From: an uncultured Lachnospiraceae bacterium
GTDB lineage: Bacteria > Bacillota > Clostridia > Lachnospirales > Lachnospiraceae
DNA: 58,206 nucleotides
Assembly (NCBI GenBank): GCA_947366105.1
Contig: CANAZK010000001.1
Coordinates: forward strand, 1-58,206
Reading direction: 5' to 3'
Below are positions 1-10,496 of the stretch, piece by piece. The notes below the pieces were generated by a model. That model saw only the letters and a program-made list of their open reading frames with translations, was not told the DNA's origin and made no database searches. The position numbers and the translations under genes were made by a program. Numbering within the stretch: the first letter of the stretch is position 1; each line of letters opens with the position of its first letter.

Positions 1-10
1 CTTCCGATCT
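1..10 (+). other. Illumina adapter remnant (technical artefact)
   Basis: CTTCCGATCT is the 3' end of the TruSeq sequencing-primer/adapter sequence (...GCTCTTCCGATCT); a longer matching adapter is at the other end of the window. Confidence 0.85.
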
Positions 11-1201
11 TACACATTCCATATAAACCTGCGCCATCACAGCCGGCTCAATGCCAAGTTCTTCCGCAAGTTCCTGACTCTTGCCCCACTCAGCCCTTTC
101 ATAGCACAAGATCATCTCATAAAGGATACCGGCTTTGCCTTCGCCCGAAATAAGAGCCTTCTTAACCTCTTCAATAATCGGAATCTCGCTTAAAATTTCA
201 TCTATCGGAGCATCAATCATACAATCCAAGGTAGAAAACATACCCATGAGGTAAGCGTCCGAACTTGTAATCGGGAAATTCTTCATTTTTCTTACAAGCA
301 TGGAGGCAAAATTTGCTCTCATAAACGATGCCTTCAACATTTCCTCTGAAGCATTATCTTCTTCCTTAAAACTCAATAAATATACCCATTGCTTTAACTG
401 GCTGATTCCAACCCTTACAATAGCCTGACGAACAGAAGAAATCTCATGACGGATTGCAAAATATGCCGAATTTGCCATTTTCAATATAGCATATGTAAGC
501 GAAGCATCTCTGCTTACAATCTCCTCCAGCAGTTCCACATCCGGTTCATCCTTTGTTACCTCTGTAATCAACTGGTACAAATTACCCTGAAGGTATTCCA
601 GTTTACTTGTCTTAGTAATCATTGCATCCGAAATATAATTTCCTTCTACATAATCCACACCTATTTCCCGGGCGAATTCATAAGCCTCCTTCGAGTTTAC
701 ACCCGTAGCAATAAACTCTTTTCCGAAACCATGCGCCATCTCCACCACATTATTCACTGAACGTCTTTGTACGTCGTCAATCTGCTCGTTGATTTTTATT
801 TTAATATAGTCTACATGCTCCAGCATGCTGAAATACTTTGGAGTAAATTGAAAATCATTAATTGCAAAATGATATCCTTCCTCTTTGTACTTATTAATAA
901 GAATAGATGCCAGAGGATGAATTACTATATTGTCTTCAATTTGAATTACAATTTTGTCCTTGTCAAAAATTTTCGGCGTATTTCTAAATAGTAACGCGGG
1001 AGTAAATGTCATAAATGTACGTTTTTCATTAAAGATACGTTTTGAATTCTCTGTCAGAAAGCCTACCATTGTATTGGCTACTACACTGTCCATGCTGGAA
1101 TTATACAGCATTCCCTCATCTTCCTGTATTAACAATTCATATCCTATGATCGTATTGGTTTTAATGTCTTTTATGGCCTGTCTTACCACGCATTTATCCA
1201 T
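11..1201 (-). CDS. EAL-like + HDOD domain protein (YuxH/PdeH-like architecture), EAL degenerate; 3' end cut by contig end; absent from ORF track
   Basis: Hand translation from ATG at 1201: MDKCVVRQAIKDIKTNTIIGYELLIQ...FAINDFQF...IATGVNS...VEGNYI...EEIVSRDASLTYAILKMANSAYF...SSVRQAIVRVG...AYLMGMFSTLD; open until the adapter; starts 4 nt after the cheV stop. Confidence 0.88.
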
Positions 1202-1205
1202 TCTT

Positions 1206-2117
1206 TTAACCCTTCCTTTCCAGCAGATGATCCATAACCTCTACAAGATGGCCAATTTCAGGTTTTGTCAATTGCTCGTCTGCACCCAGTTGTTTTCCTT
1301 TACGCCACATCTCTGTATTGATAAGAGAAGAAAAAATTATAATAGGAATTTCTTTCATCTGAGGATCTTCCTTTACCAGCTTCGTCAATCTGTGACCATC
1401 CATTTCAGGCATTTCAATATCAGTAATCAAAAGAGCTGCTTTCTGTTTGAAGTCTTCATCGTTTTTAATGGAATTTAAATAATTCCATGCTTCCTTACCA
1501 TTATTGAAATCAGTAATATTTACATAGCCGGCGCGCATTAATGACTCCCTGATCATCTTAGATAAAAGAATAGAGTCCTCTGCAAGAAGAATATGTTGAT
1601 GTCTCTCTGTTCTAACTCCAAGTTTATCTACATCATCAACTTGAATTCCTGTTTCAGGTGCAATCTCCGCCACAATTTTCTCGAAGTCAAGTATCGTAAT
1701 CAGTTGACCGTTGCATTGTGCAATTCCTGTTGCCACACCTTCCTCCCCATGACTGATCGTATTATCAGGTTTCTGAATATCCGTCCATGAAATCCTGCTG
1801 ATTCCTACTACGCTGTGCACACGGAAAGCAATATGCATCTTATTGAAGTTTGTAATAATAAACAAGTCCCTGTCATTTGTGTCGCCGCGCTCCCCTGTAA
1901 GGTATACCGGCAAGTTCACAACAGTAAGAAGGATATCTCTTGGTTTAAAAATTCCTTCTACTGACGGATGCGAATGTGGAATCGGCTTCACCTTATCTGC
2001 CATCATAATTTCACGCACTTTTGCTACATTGATTCCATACAACTCGCCAAAAATAGTAAACTGCATAATCTCAATCTCATTTGTTCCCGATTCTAATAAA
2101 ATTTCTGTATCAGCCAT
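1206..2117 (-). CDS. cheV: Chemotaxis protein CheV (CheW + receiver)
   Basis: N-terminal ILLESGTNE..YGINVAKVREI CheW domain; receiver motifs AEDS, ITDIEMPEMDG, FSSL, TKP. Confidence 0.95.
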   Translation of the reverse strand: MADTEILLESGTNEIEIMQFTIFGELYGINVAKVREIMMADKVKPIPHSHPSVEGIFKPRDILLTVVNLPVYLTGERGDTNDRDLFIITNFNKMHIAFRVHSVVGISRISWTDIQKPDNTISHGEEGVATGIAQCNGQLITILDFEKIVAEIAPETGIQVDDVDKLGVRTERHQHILLAEDSILLSKMIRESLMRAGYVNITDFNNGKEAWNYLNSIKNDEDFKQKAALLITDIEMPEMDGHRLTKLVKEDPQMKEIPIIIFSSLINTEMWRKGKQLGADEQLTKPEIGHLVEVMDHLLERKG

Positions 2118-2174
2118 GTCTTTCTCTCCTCCATTTTCTCTCTCTATTAAATGGTACGCACTTTCACCTGCCCC

Positions 2175-2657
2175 CTAAAGAACACGTTCCGGTTTGCCGA
2201 CGGTCTTAATGGTTACCTGACCGTTCAGCACATTAATCTGCATTGTTCTGGCATAATTGGCACCTGTATCTTCTCCGGAAATTCTAATTCCCTCTCTCAT
2301 CAGTACCTTTTTCACCATCTGTATATTTCTCTCTCCTATGTTCCCAAGACCGCCGGGACCTTTCATTTCAAACATTTTAGCCCCTCCCGCAATCTTGCAG
2401 ACTATTCTTCCTTTCATGCCTCCAAAGGCATAAAACTTGCGCAATGTCTCCTGTATTCCAGAGTCTGCAAACTTGAATACGTTCGCATCCGCTACATTTG
2501 TCTTCTCCGGAAGCATAATATGAAGCAATGCCCCAAGCCTTATCATCGGATCATAAAATGAAATCCCAACACAAGAGCCAAGCGCATATGTAATCAGCAC
2601 TCCTTCCTGCCTTGTAAGCTTCATATCAGCAATTCCTACTGATACCTGTTTCACCAT
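2175..2657 (-). CDS. cheD: Chemoreceptor glutamine deamidase CheD
   Basis: VGIAD, TYALGSCVG, HIMLP, KFAD, KIAGGAKMF, IGERN, EDTG motifs. Confidence 0.95.
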   Translation of the reverse strand: MVKQVSVGIADMKLTRQEGVLITYALGSCVGISFYDPMIRLGALLHIMLPEKTNVADANVFKFADSGIQETLRKFYAFGGMKGRIVCKIAGGAKMFEMKGPGGLGNIGERNIQMVKKVLMREGIRISGEDTGANYARTMQINVLNGQVTIKTVGKPERVL

Positions 2658-2660
2658 TGA

Positions 2661-3281
2661 TTAATCCACTCCCAGCTTCTTCATAAGTACGTTCAATGAC
2701 GCTACATCCGGCAGTAAAAGCATATCACCGTTAAACTCCTTGCCGTCAACCTCAAACTTACCGGTTATCATCATAATTCTATCTGAATTTATACCCATCG
2801 TTGCCATCGGAATACTTAAGATTCCCCCAAGCATGCTGACTGCCAGCTGCGGTACAGCCAGCTGCACATTCACATTTGTAAGCGACGACAGTGCGTTGAT
2901 GTAGGATGAAATCATAATATTTCCAATCTCCGTCAAGACAGAATTTTTAATACCATCCATTTCCAAAAAATCAAATTCTACCGTACCTATTGTTTTTCCT
3001 ATTATTTCCGCCGCAAATTCTTGTGTAAGAATAAACAGCATAATTCCTTCAATTTCTCCCGACATTTCTACAAGAATTGCCGCTACTACATCTTCCGGGG
3101 AACCTAGATAATTCAGAGCCTCGTTAAATTCCATAATAACTACTTCCGGAAGGGCCATCCGCACCCCTGTATTCAGTATCGCAGACAATGCCGTTGCCGC
3201 ATTGCCGTTTCCAATACTTCCGATTTCTCTTATAATATCCAGTTCAAGGTTACCCATATCTTCGTATTTTTGTATCGCCAT
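2661..3281 (-). CDS. cheC: CheY-P phosphatase CheC
   Basis: D..REIGSIG.GNAATALS and S.LTEIGNIM..SY repeats; adjacent to cheD. Confidence 0.92.
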   Translation of the reverse strand: MAIQKYEDMGNLELDIIREIGSIGNGNAATALSAILNTGVRMALPEVVIMEFNEALNYLGSPEDVVAAILVEMSGEIEGIMLFILTQEFAAEIIGKTIGTVEFDFLEMDGIKNSVLTEIGNIMISSYINALSSLTNVNVQLAVPQLAVSMLGGILSIPMATMGINSDRIMMITGKFEVDGKEFNGDMLLLPDVASLNVLMKKLGVD

Positions 3282-3293
3282 CTGCTTTCCTCA

Positions 3294-4004
3294 CTATACT
3301 CTCAATGAATTAATTGTATTTACGATTTCATCTGACGTCTGCACCATACGCATAGAATATGTATATGCTCTTTGGCTTTCAATCATTTTTGTTATCTCGT
3401 CTGCCAAATTTACGCCTGATGCTTCCAGCGTGTGGTCGATTATCTGAACGTCCCGTCTTAAGAACGGCGCCCCGTTCTTCTCCACAGGAGAAAACTCGTT
3501 ATTCCCAAGGCTGAGCATTCCGTCTAGAATATTAAACCCATATACGCCTATCTGACCGCTCAGCTCCCCGTCTGTCACAACAATCGGGTTACGGTTATCA
3601 TCCAGCACAAGGTTGCCGTTATCATTAACAAGATAAAACTGATTTCCTCTCTGCGATAAGGTGAAGTGTCCGTTTCTTGTATATGTAATCTCATTGTTCC
3701 GCGGATTCCTCAGCATGAAAAACCCTTTCCCATTTATCGTATAATCATGGGCGCCTGTCGTTGTCATAAAACCGGAAGGATGAAAATCCGTATCTGTTCT
3801 CTCCACTACAACTCCGGTTCCCGCCTTCAGCGGCGTCTCTTCACCTTTGTAATTATTTAAATTATAATACATCAGATCTGAAAATACTGCGCTTTTTGCC
3901 TTATACCCATAGTTATTCACATTTGCAAAATTATTTGCAACAACGTCCATCTTCCTTTGCTGCTCGATTACGCCTCTGGCTGCTGTATAAAACGATGTAT
4001 ACAT
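3294..4004 (-). CDS. flgG: Flagellar basal-body rod protein (FlgG/FlhP type)
   Basis: ANNFANVN..GYK N-terminus, YTRNGHF, LEASGVNLADE..MI.SQRAY C-terminus. Confidence 0.85.
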   Translation of the reverse strand: MYTSFYTAARGVIEQQRKMDVVANNFANVNNYGYKAKSAVFSDLMYYNLNNYKGEETPLKAGTGVVVERTDTDFHPSGFMTTTGAHDYTINGKGFFMLRNPRNNEITYTRNGHFTLSQRGNQFYLVNDNGNLVLDDNRNPIVVTDGELSGQIGVYGFNILDGMLSLGNNEFSPVEKNGAPFLRRDVQIIDHTLEASGVNLADEITKMIESQRAYTYSMRMVQTSDEIVNTINSLRV

Positions 4005-4035
4005 AATGTCCCTCCTTTATTTGCCGGCTTCCTTT

Positions 4036-4779
4036 TTACATAGACCCAACCCTGTCTATCTTTTCAATCAATCTATCATACATCCTCAGAAGCTGGGCTG
4101 AACTTTGAAGCGTTCTCTGCCCGCTCATCATGGATGTCATTTCATTCACCATTGAAACATTGGAGCTCTCCACATAGTTTTGTACTACCTGCGTATCCCC
4201 CCCTGCATTCACCGGCTGCCCCTCTGCACGAAATACTCCGCCGGTAATTTTAGTAAGCTGGTCATAATCGGCAAAATCGACAATTCTAATTCTTCCAAAA
4301 TATTCTCCATTCTCTTTGCCCGTCACATTACCCTGGGTATCAACCGCAATATCGTCTGTCGTAACACGTATTAATCCGTTTGTTCCCATGACGCGTCCTA
4401 TCCCCGGCAATGTGAGATATCCCTGATTATCCAAATTAAAAGAACCGTTCCGGGAATAAACTACCCCATTGTTGGTCTGAATCGCAAAAAAACCTGCTCC
4501 CGATAGACCGAAATCTAAAGAACGTTCTGTTGGCTTTAGGCCTCCTTCACTGTAATTAGTTACTCTTTCCGCCGCCGTATTGACTCTTGATACAACTCCT
4601 ACCGGAGTTTTTCCTGCTTTGTCATACCTGTAAATCATCTCGTCACGGAATGTACTCTCTACAATCTTATCGCTCTTATAGCCTGGTGTAGAAACATTTG
4701 CCATGTTATTGCTGATAACATTCAAATTTCTATTCTGTGTTATCATATTCGATGCCAAATCATAAAATCCCTGAAACAT
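4036..4779 (-). CDS. flgF: Flagellar basal-body rod protein (FlgF/FlhO type)
   Basis: SNNMANVSTPGYK, YSRNGSF, VESSNVS..EMT.MM..QR; first of a tandem rod-protein pair. Confidence 0.8.
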   Translation of the reverse strand: MFQGFYDLASNMITQNRNLNVISNNMANVSTPGYKSDKIVESTFRDEMIYRYDKAGKTPVGVVSRVNTAAERVTNYSEGGLKPTERSLDFGLSGAGFFAIQTNNGVVYSRNGSFNLDNQGYLTLPGIGRVMGTNGLIRVTTDDIAVDTQGNVTGKENGEYFGRIRIVDFADYDQLTKITGGVFRAEGQPVNAGGDTQVVQNYVESSNVSMVNEMTSMMSGQRTLQSSAQLLRMYDRLIEKIDRVGSM

Positions 4780-5569
4780 GTCTTCTCTCCCTTTCTTCGT
4801 TAAATCTCTGCATGTATTTGTTTAATTTCTTTATCGCATTTGTATGAATCTGTGAAACCCGGGGCTCGCTGACTTCCATAACCTGTGCTATCTGTCTCAT
4901 ATTGAGCTCATCCACATAGTAGAGGGATATTACTAACTGCTCGTTCTCTTTCAAAGTGCCGATGCCTTCCGCCAGCGTCTGCGAAACTTCTTTCATCAGC
5001 AGTTTGTTCTCCGGCTGTTCCTTTTCTTCACTGCTCGGCATTACAACCCCGGTTTTATTTTCCTGTGCCTCTGCAAGTACCATATCCAGCGACAATATAT
5101 TGAACATAGCTGCTTTACGCATAGCTTCCTGGTACTTTTCGGTGCTAATATTCAGATAATCCGAAACCTCCTGCACTGAAGGGTAATACCCTAATTTATT
5201 ATACAACATTACAACGGCTTCATCAATATCTCTGGCATTCTTCCTTGTACTTCTTGGCACCCAGTCCTGCTTCCTTGCAAGATCAATAATCATCCCTTTA
5301 ATGCGTTTTGAAATATAAGTTTCAAACTTTACATTTTTCTCTAAATCAAATTTGTCAATCGCAGACATAATGACAATCACGCCCTCATTAACAACATCAT
5401 CAATCTGCGTAAAGCTCATGTAAATATCCCGCATTTGAAGTGCAATGCTTCTAACAAGATAAATGTATCTCATCACAAGCTCCTGCTTGACTTCCAGGTC
5501 TTTTGTTTCTTTATAAAGCTTGAGAAGTTCTTCATTACTCTTTCCTTTATAATCCTTCTGATTATTCAT
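4760..5569 (-). CDS. fliA: Flagellar sigma factor sigma28 (FliA/SigD)
   Basis: KFETYISKRIKGMIID..RKQDWVPRS region 2; LYYVDELNMRQIA.VM.VSEPRVSQIH region 4. Confidence 0.93.
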   Translation of the reverse strand: MNNQKDYKGKSNEELLKLYKETKDLEVKQELVMRYIYLVRSIALQMRDIYMSFTQIDDVVNEGVIVIMSAIDKFDLEKNVKFETYISKRIKGMIIDLARKQDWVPRSTRKNARDIDEAVVMLYNKLGYYPSVQEVSDYLNISTEKYQEAMRKAAMFNILSLDMVLAEAQENKTGVVMPSSEEKEQPENKLLMKEVSQTLAEGIGTLKENEQLVISLYYVDELNMRQIAQVMEVSEPRVSQIHTNAIKKLNKYMQRFNEERERRHVSGIL

Positions 5570-5594
5570 ACAACCACTCCATCACAATCTGTCT

Positions 5595-7661
5595 TTACAT
5601 GGTAATATTTCCCACGGCCTGTATCTGAATGTTATTGCCGATTTCATTAAAAGATAAAACATATACATTTGGATAAAACTGCTCTATTAAATGGTAGAAG
5701 TGAATTCGCATTATTTGACTTGTCAGAATAATCGGACTCTGTGCAAAGTCGCTGAATTTCTTCACCTCTTCTCCTACCTGTGTAATAACGCTCTGCATTA
5801 CCTCCGGACTGAGCGCCAGATACATTCCCTGATCTCCCGGCGTCATGCTCGTAATAATACTTTTTTCCAGCTCTGCATCCAGTGTAATAACCTTCATGCT
5901 TCCGCCTTCGCAGAACTTTCTTGTAATGGTACGTTTCAACGCAACACGTATATTCTCTGTAATGCTGTCGATATCCTTCACTCTTGCAGAAGAGTCGATA
6001 ATAGTTTCCATAATAGTTTCCATATCCTTGATAGGAATGCCCTCTTTCAGAAGATTTGCCAGTATCTTTTGGAAATTTCCGTAAGATATAATAGACGGAA
6101 TCAATTCCTCCACAAGCTCTGGCGACTGCTTCTTCATGTTTTCTACAAGCCGTACTACCTCCTGACGGTTCAAAAGCTCATATGCATGCTTTTTAACTGT
6201 TTCAGACAGATGTGTAAGCATAACGGAAAGAGGGTCAATAACCGTGTAACCGTAGATCTCTGCCATTTCTTTCTTATCCACAGTAATCCATTTGCTTGGT
6301 ATACCGTATGCCGGTTCAATCGTATCGATACCATCAATGCGCTTCTCAGGATTCGCCGGCTCCAAAGCCAAATAATAATCCACAAGAATCTCGCCTTTGG
6401 CAACCTCCTCGCCCTTTATCTTAATCGTGTACTGATTTGTATTCAGGCTGGAGCTGTCTCTTAATCGTATGGATGGAATGACAAGTCCCATATCCTGTGC
6501 ATACTGACGGCGGAAAATGACAATTCGATTAATCATTTTTCCCCCGCTCTCCTCATCTACAAGCGGAATCAAACTGTAGCCAAATTCCATTTCTATCGGT
6601 TCTACATTAATCAATGAATATACATTATTAATATCTTTAAAACTTTCTTCTTCAGTAACTGCTTCTCCGTGACCCAAAGTTTCACTCATCTGCTCTTCAC
6701 GTTCAGCTTCAAACGCCATCTGCTCCATTCTGCGCATCAGCTGCCACCCGCCAAGCATAAGAGCAAGGGAAATAGCGCCCAACTGTATCTTCGGCATTCC
6801 CGGCACCAATAGCAGAACCGCAAGAACCCCGCCTGTCATCATGATTGCTTTCGGTTGGTTTGTAAACTGTTTTGAGGCATCTTCATTGAGACTTCCTTCA
6901 GACACCGCACGGGTTACAACCATACCTGTCGCCGTTGATATCAAAAGAGCCGGAATCTGTGATACCAAACCGTCTCCGACTGTCGCTATAGAATATACTG
7001 ACAGCACTTCCTGAAAAGGCATGTTAAGCTGCACCATACCGATTACCACGCCGCCGATGAAGTTAATCGCCGTAATAATCAGTGACATGACGGCATCACC
7101 CTTTACAATCTTGGTGGCACCATCCATCGCTCCGTAGAAATCAGCCTCTTTTTGTATTTTGTAACGTCTTTCCTTTGCTTCCTGTTCATTTATCAACCCT
7201 GTACTCAAGTCTGCATCAATAGCCATCTGTTTTCCAGGCATAGCGTCCAACGTAAATCTTGCCGCAACCTCTGCAACACGCTCGGCGCCTTTTGTGATAA
7301 CAATGAACTGAACTAAAACGATAATTAAGAATATGACAACTCCGACCGCAACATTCCCCTGCAGCACGAAATCACCCATTGCCCTGATGACTGCTCCCGC
7401 ACTCGCCTGATTACCAAGAATATTTCTCGTTGTAGATACGTTGATTCCGATACGGAATAACGTAGTAATAAGAAGCATGGATGGAAAAATAGAAAATTCC
7501 AACGGCTCCTTAATACTCATACTGATTAAAAGTATAATCAGTGATACTGAAATATTCAAAATAATCATGACGTCTATCAAAAACGGATTCAATGGTATAA
7601 TCAACAGCAGCACAATCATTACTACGATCAATGCAACTGCATTATTTAATATCTTCTTCAT
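5595..7661 (-). CDS. flhA: Flagellar export protein FlhA
   Basis: KGAERVAEVAARFTLDAMPGKQMAIDADL and FYGAMDGATK FHIPEP signatures; 688 aa. Confidence 0.97.
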   Translation of the reverse strand: MKKILNNAVALIVVMIVLLLIIPLNPFLIDVMIILNISVSLIILLISMSIKEPLEFSIFPSMLLITTLFRIGINVSTTRNILGNQASAGAVIRAMGDFVLQGNVAVGVVIFLIIVLVQFIVITKGAERVAEVAARFTLDAMPGKQMAIDADLSTGLINEQEAKERRYKIQKEADFYGAMDGATKIVKGDAVMSLIITAINFIGGVVIGMVQLNMPFQEVLSVYSIATVGDGLVSQIPALLISTATGMVVTRAVSEGSLNEDASKQFTNQPKAIMMTGGVLAVLLLVPGMPKIQLGAISLALMLGGWQLMRRMEQMAFEAEREEQMSETLGHGEAVTEEESFKDINNVYSLINVEPIEMEFGYSLIPLVDEESGGKMINRIVIFRRQYAQDMGLVIPSIRLRDSSSLNTNQYTIKIKGEEVAKGEILVDYYLALEPANPEKRIDGIDTIEPAYGIPSKWITVDKKEMAEIYGYTVIDPLSVMLTHLSETVKKHAYELLNRQEVVRLVENMKKQSPELVEELIPSIISYGNFQKILANLLKEGIPIKDMETIMETIIDSSARVKDIDSITENIRVALKRTITRKFCEGGSMKVITLDAELEKSIITSMTPGDQGMYLALSPEVMQSVITQVGEEVKKFSDFAQSPIILTSQIMRIHFYHLIEQFYPNVYVLSFNEIGNNIQIQAVGNITM

Positions 7662-7664
7662 CTC

Positions 7665-8735
7665 TTACTCCATCTTTTTATTATTCATGCGGAACACCTG
7701 AACAAGAATCTCGGCTACCACTCCGTAGTATTCCGCCGGTATCTCACAATCCAGCGGGGTGGAAGCATAAATTCCTCTTGCCAAAGGCCGGTTCTCAATT
7801 ACCGTAACTCCATTCTGTTCCCCAATCTCTATAATACGCAATGCCAATAGATCCTGACCCTTCGCGACCAGCACCGGGGCATTGTCATTGTCAATATCAT
7901 ATCTCAGAGCTACTGCATAGTGCGTAGGATTTCGGATAATAACATCCGCGTCCGGTACCGCCTGCATCATTCTGTTTCTAGCCCTGGTTCTCTGCAAATT
8001 ACGAATTTTCCCTTTTATTTCCGGGTTTCCTTCTGTTTCCTTGTATTCTTCTTTTACCTCTTGCTTGGTCATCCTAATCTGTTTCTCATATGACCATCTT
8101 TGGTAATAATAATCAAATCCTGCTATAACTACAAATATCATACTTATACGGACAACCATATTCAGGGTTTCCTTCAGCATATATGACGCTGATACCTGGA
8201 TACTTATATCCATCATCTGTGCCACTGTCTCTATTTCTCCTTTTATAATCTGATACAGCACGGCGCATAATATTACCACCTTTATGATTGCTTTTAGTAA
8301 TTCTACTAAATTTTTTGTGGAAAATAGATTTTTAATTCCTTTCAGTATGTTTAGATTGCTCAGCTTAAATGACACTGATTTCGTGGCAAAAATAAATTTT
8401 GTCTGTACTCCCGTTGACACAATTGCAAGCGTACATGCTATAATTCCAATTGGAAGCGCCGCCCCCGCCACCGTACTGACAGACATCATTCCGACGCTGC
8501 GCAGATTCGCTAACGAAAGCTCATCCATCTCAGCCACACCCTGTATCAGTCTCACCATTGCTGTCCGCAGCATTTTATAAATCATCGGAAATAAAGCTTC
8601 CAAACAATAAAATACTCCCAAAAGCGACACAACGGCTATTACATCCTTACTGGAAAAGACATGCCCTTCCTTTCGCTCATCCCGCCGCTTCTTGGGGGTG
8701 GCTTTTTCTGTTTTTTCTCCTGCCATTGTGCTCAC
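7665..8735 (-). CDS. flhB: Flagellar export protein FlhB
   Basis: EKTEKATPKK N-terminus; EG.PEIK; NPTH autocleavage motif. Confidence 0.97.
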   Translation of the reverse strand: MSTMAGEKTEKATPKKRRDERKEGHVFSSKDVIAVVSLLGVFYCLEALFPMIYKMLRTAMVRLIQGVAEMDELSLANLRSVGMMSVSTVAGAALPIGIIACTLAIVSTGVQTKFIFATKSVSFKLSNLNILKGIKNLFSTKNLVELLKAIIKVVILCAVLYQIIKGEIETVAQMMDISIQVSASYMLKETLNMVVRISMIFVVIAGFDYYYQRWSYEKQIRMTKQEVKEEYKETEGNPEIKGKIRNLQRTRARNRMMQAVPDADVIIRNPTHYAVALRYDIDNDNAPVLVAKGQDLLALRIIEIGEQNGVTVIENRPLARGIYASTPLDCEIPAEYYGVVAEILVQVFRMNNKKME

Positions 8736-8762
8736 TTCCCTTCTGTTACTTATGCTTTCTTT

Positions 8763-9530
8763 CTAGAGAAAAGTCAGCATTCCTTGTACTGTCTTCATCA
8801 TCGTTATTATGATTTTCTCCAAATACCCCCCTATCGGGGAAAACAAAATAACCAACAGGCCAAAGCCAACGATTATCTTTAATTGAATATTAATTACAAA
8901 AATACTAATCTGAGGAACCACTTTATTCAAAATTCCAATTCCCATCTCTACCAAAAATTCGGCAACAATAATCGGAATTGAAAACTTTACGCTCATAATA
9001 ATTACTTCCATAAATATCTCGATGATCCTCTGCGCCAAACCCTGCGTAATCAAAATTCCGCCGTAAGGAACAATCTCCGCCGATGTAATTAATATCTTCA
9101 TCAGCGCCAAATGACCGTCCACTGCGAAAAACAGCAGCACAAAGTATGTCTGCAGCAACGTACCTGTAAGCGGCATCTGAGAATTACTCTGCGGGTCATA
9201 GACTGTTGCCATCGAAAGGCCCATTTGGAAATCTACTATATAACCTGTATAATTGAGAATAAAAAAGAATAGTTCCATTACATAGCCTATTACATAGCCT
9301 GCCGCAAATTCTTTTATCAAAAGAAATCCATATTCCACGGTGCCTGCCGTTTCAAATGCACTTTCTCCCGAAAAGGAATATATGGCAGTCGTAAGTATCA
9401 TGATCATACCGCTTTTTATCACCATCGGTATATTTTTTCTTCCTAAAATAGGATTTAACAGTATAAAGCCAGACATTCTCATTAATATAAGTGAGAACAA
9501 GGTCAACTGTGCAGTATTACTAAGCAGCAT
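8763..9530 (-). CDS. fliR: Flagellar export gate protein FliR
   Basis: Hydrophobic; DFQMGLSMATVYDP, DGHL, PQ..IF motifs. Confidence 0.95.
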   Translation of the reverse strand: MLLSNTAQLTLFSLILMRMSGFILLNPILGRKNIPMVIKSGMIMILTTAIYSFSGESAFETAGTVEYGFLLIKEFAAGYVIGYVMELFFFILNYTGYIVDFQMGLSMATVYDPQSNSQMPLTGTLLQTYFVLLFFAVDGHLALMKILITSAEIVPYGGILITQGLAQRIIEIFMEVIIMSVKFSIPIIVAEFLVEMGIGILNKVVPQISIFVINIQLKIIVGFGLLVILFSPIGGYLEKIIITMMKTVQGMLTFL

Positions 9531-9552
9531 GTTTCCCCCTCCTTGTAAATGC

Positions 9553-9813
9553 CTAGCCTTGTATTAATGTAAAAATTCTAGTCGTAAAGTCCTGTAACGC
9601 CTGCAGCATGGAGCCCCCTGTAAATACGAGCAGCAACCCTATCACTATAAGCTTTGGAACAAATGTAAGCGTCTGCTCATGCACCTGCGTAGCCGCCTGA
9701 AGAATTGCTATCACAACTCCGACCAACATACTGATTATTAAAAGAGGTCCTGCAAGCTGTATAGCCAAAACAAAGACTTCATACATTAAATCTCCTACTT
9801 CACTATTTGTCAT
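9553..9813 (-). CDS. fliQ: Flagellar export gate protein FliQ
   Basis: QAATQVHEQTLTFVPKL signature. Confidence 0.96.
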   Translation of the reverse strand: MTNSEVGDLMYEVFVLAIQLAGPLLIISMLVGVVIAILQAATQVHEQTLTFVPKLIVIGLLLVFTGGSMLQALQDFTTRIFTLIQG

Positions 9814-9830
9814 CTATGTCCCTCCTGTCG

Positions 9831-10490
9831 TCACCATCTAAAACTATTTACGATAGACGCAAATAAAAGCTGCCATCCATCTACTGTCACAAACAGCAGA
9901 AGCTTAAATGGAAGTGAGATCATTGATGGCGGAAGCATCATCATACCCATTGACATCAGCGTACTCGACACAATAATATCAATCAGCAGGAAAGGTATAT
10001 ACAGTAAGAATCCTGCGGTGAATGCCCTCTTTAATTCACTAGTCATAAATGACGGTATTACAACTGTCATCGGCAGATCTTCCACATCCTCGACAGGCTC
10101 AATCTTAGACATGTCGGCAAAAAGCTCCAAAGTATTCTTCTCTGTCTGTTTCAGCATGAAACTTTTAATCGGAACCTGTGCCCTTTTCAGCGCTTCTTCC
10201 TGCGTAATCTCCTGATTCTTATATGGAGTATAAGCATTCGTGTTAATATCCTTAATGACCGGATCCATAATGAATAATGTCAAAAACAAGGCAATCCCCA
10301 CCAGTACCATGTTCGGCGGGGTCTGCTGTATTCCAAGAGCGCTTCTCAGAAAAGACAATATAATGATAGTTCTCATAAATGAGGTAAGCATAACGAGAAT
10401 TGAAGGTAAAAGCGAAATAATTGTAAGCATTAATAAAATGTCTAATGTAGGCACCTGATTGCCGTTTACATTAATAAGTGATTCGTACAC
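9831..10490 (-). CDS. fliP: Flagellar export gate protein FliP
   Basis: TSFMR, QQTPPN, PSFMTSELK.AF, MGMMMLPP..ISLPFK.LLFV.VDGW; GTG start. Confidence 0.96.
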   Translation of the reverse strand: MYESLINVNGNQVPTLDILLMLTIISLLPSILVMLTSFMRTIIILSFLRSALGIQQTPPNMVLVGIALFLTLFIMDPVIKDINTNAYTPYKNQEITQEEALKRAQVPIKSFMLKQTEKNTLELFADMSKIEPVEDVEDLPMTVVIPSFMTSELKRAFTAGFLLYIPFLLIDIIVSSTLMSMGMMMLPPSMISLPFKLLLFVTVDGWQLLFASIVNSFRW

Positions 10491-10496
10491 TTCCTT

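Noticed and set aside
446-1478. Plus-strand ORFs of 104, 74 and 174 aa
   Set aside because: Antisense shadows of the EAL-HDOD and cheV genes, with no recognisable motifs
5691-6464. 257-aa plus-strand ORF, and similar ones such as 18701..19291 (+) and 27316..27846 (-)
   Set aside because: Entirely antisense to well-supported genes (flhA, fliK, MCP), with no RBS or domain signal noticed
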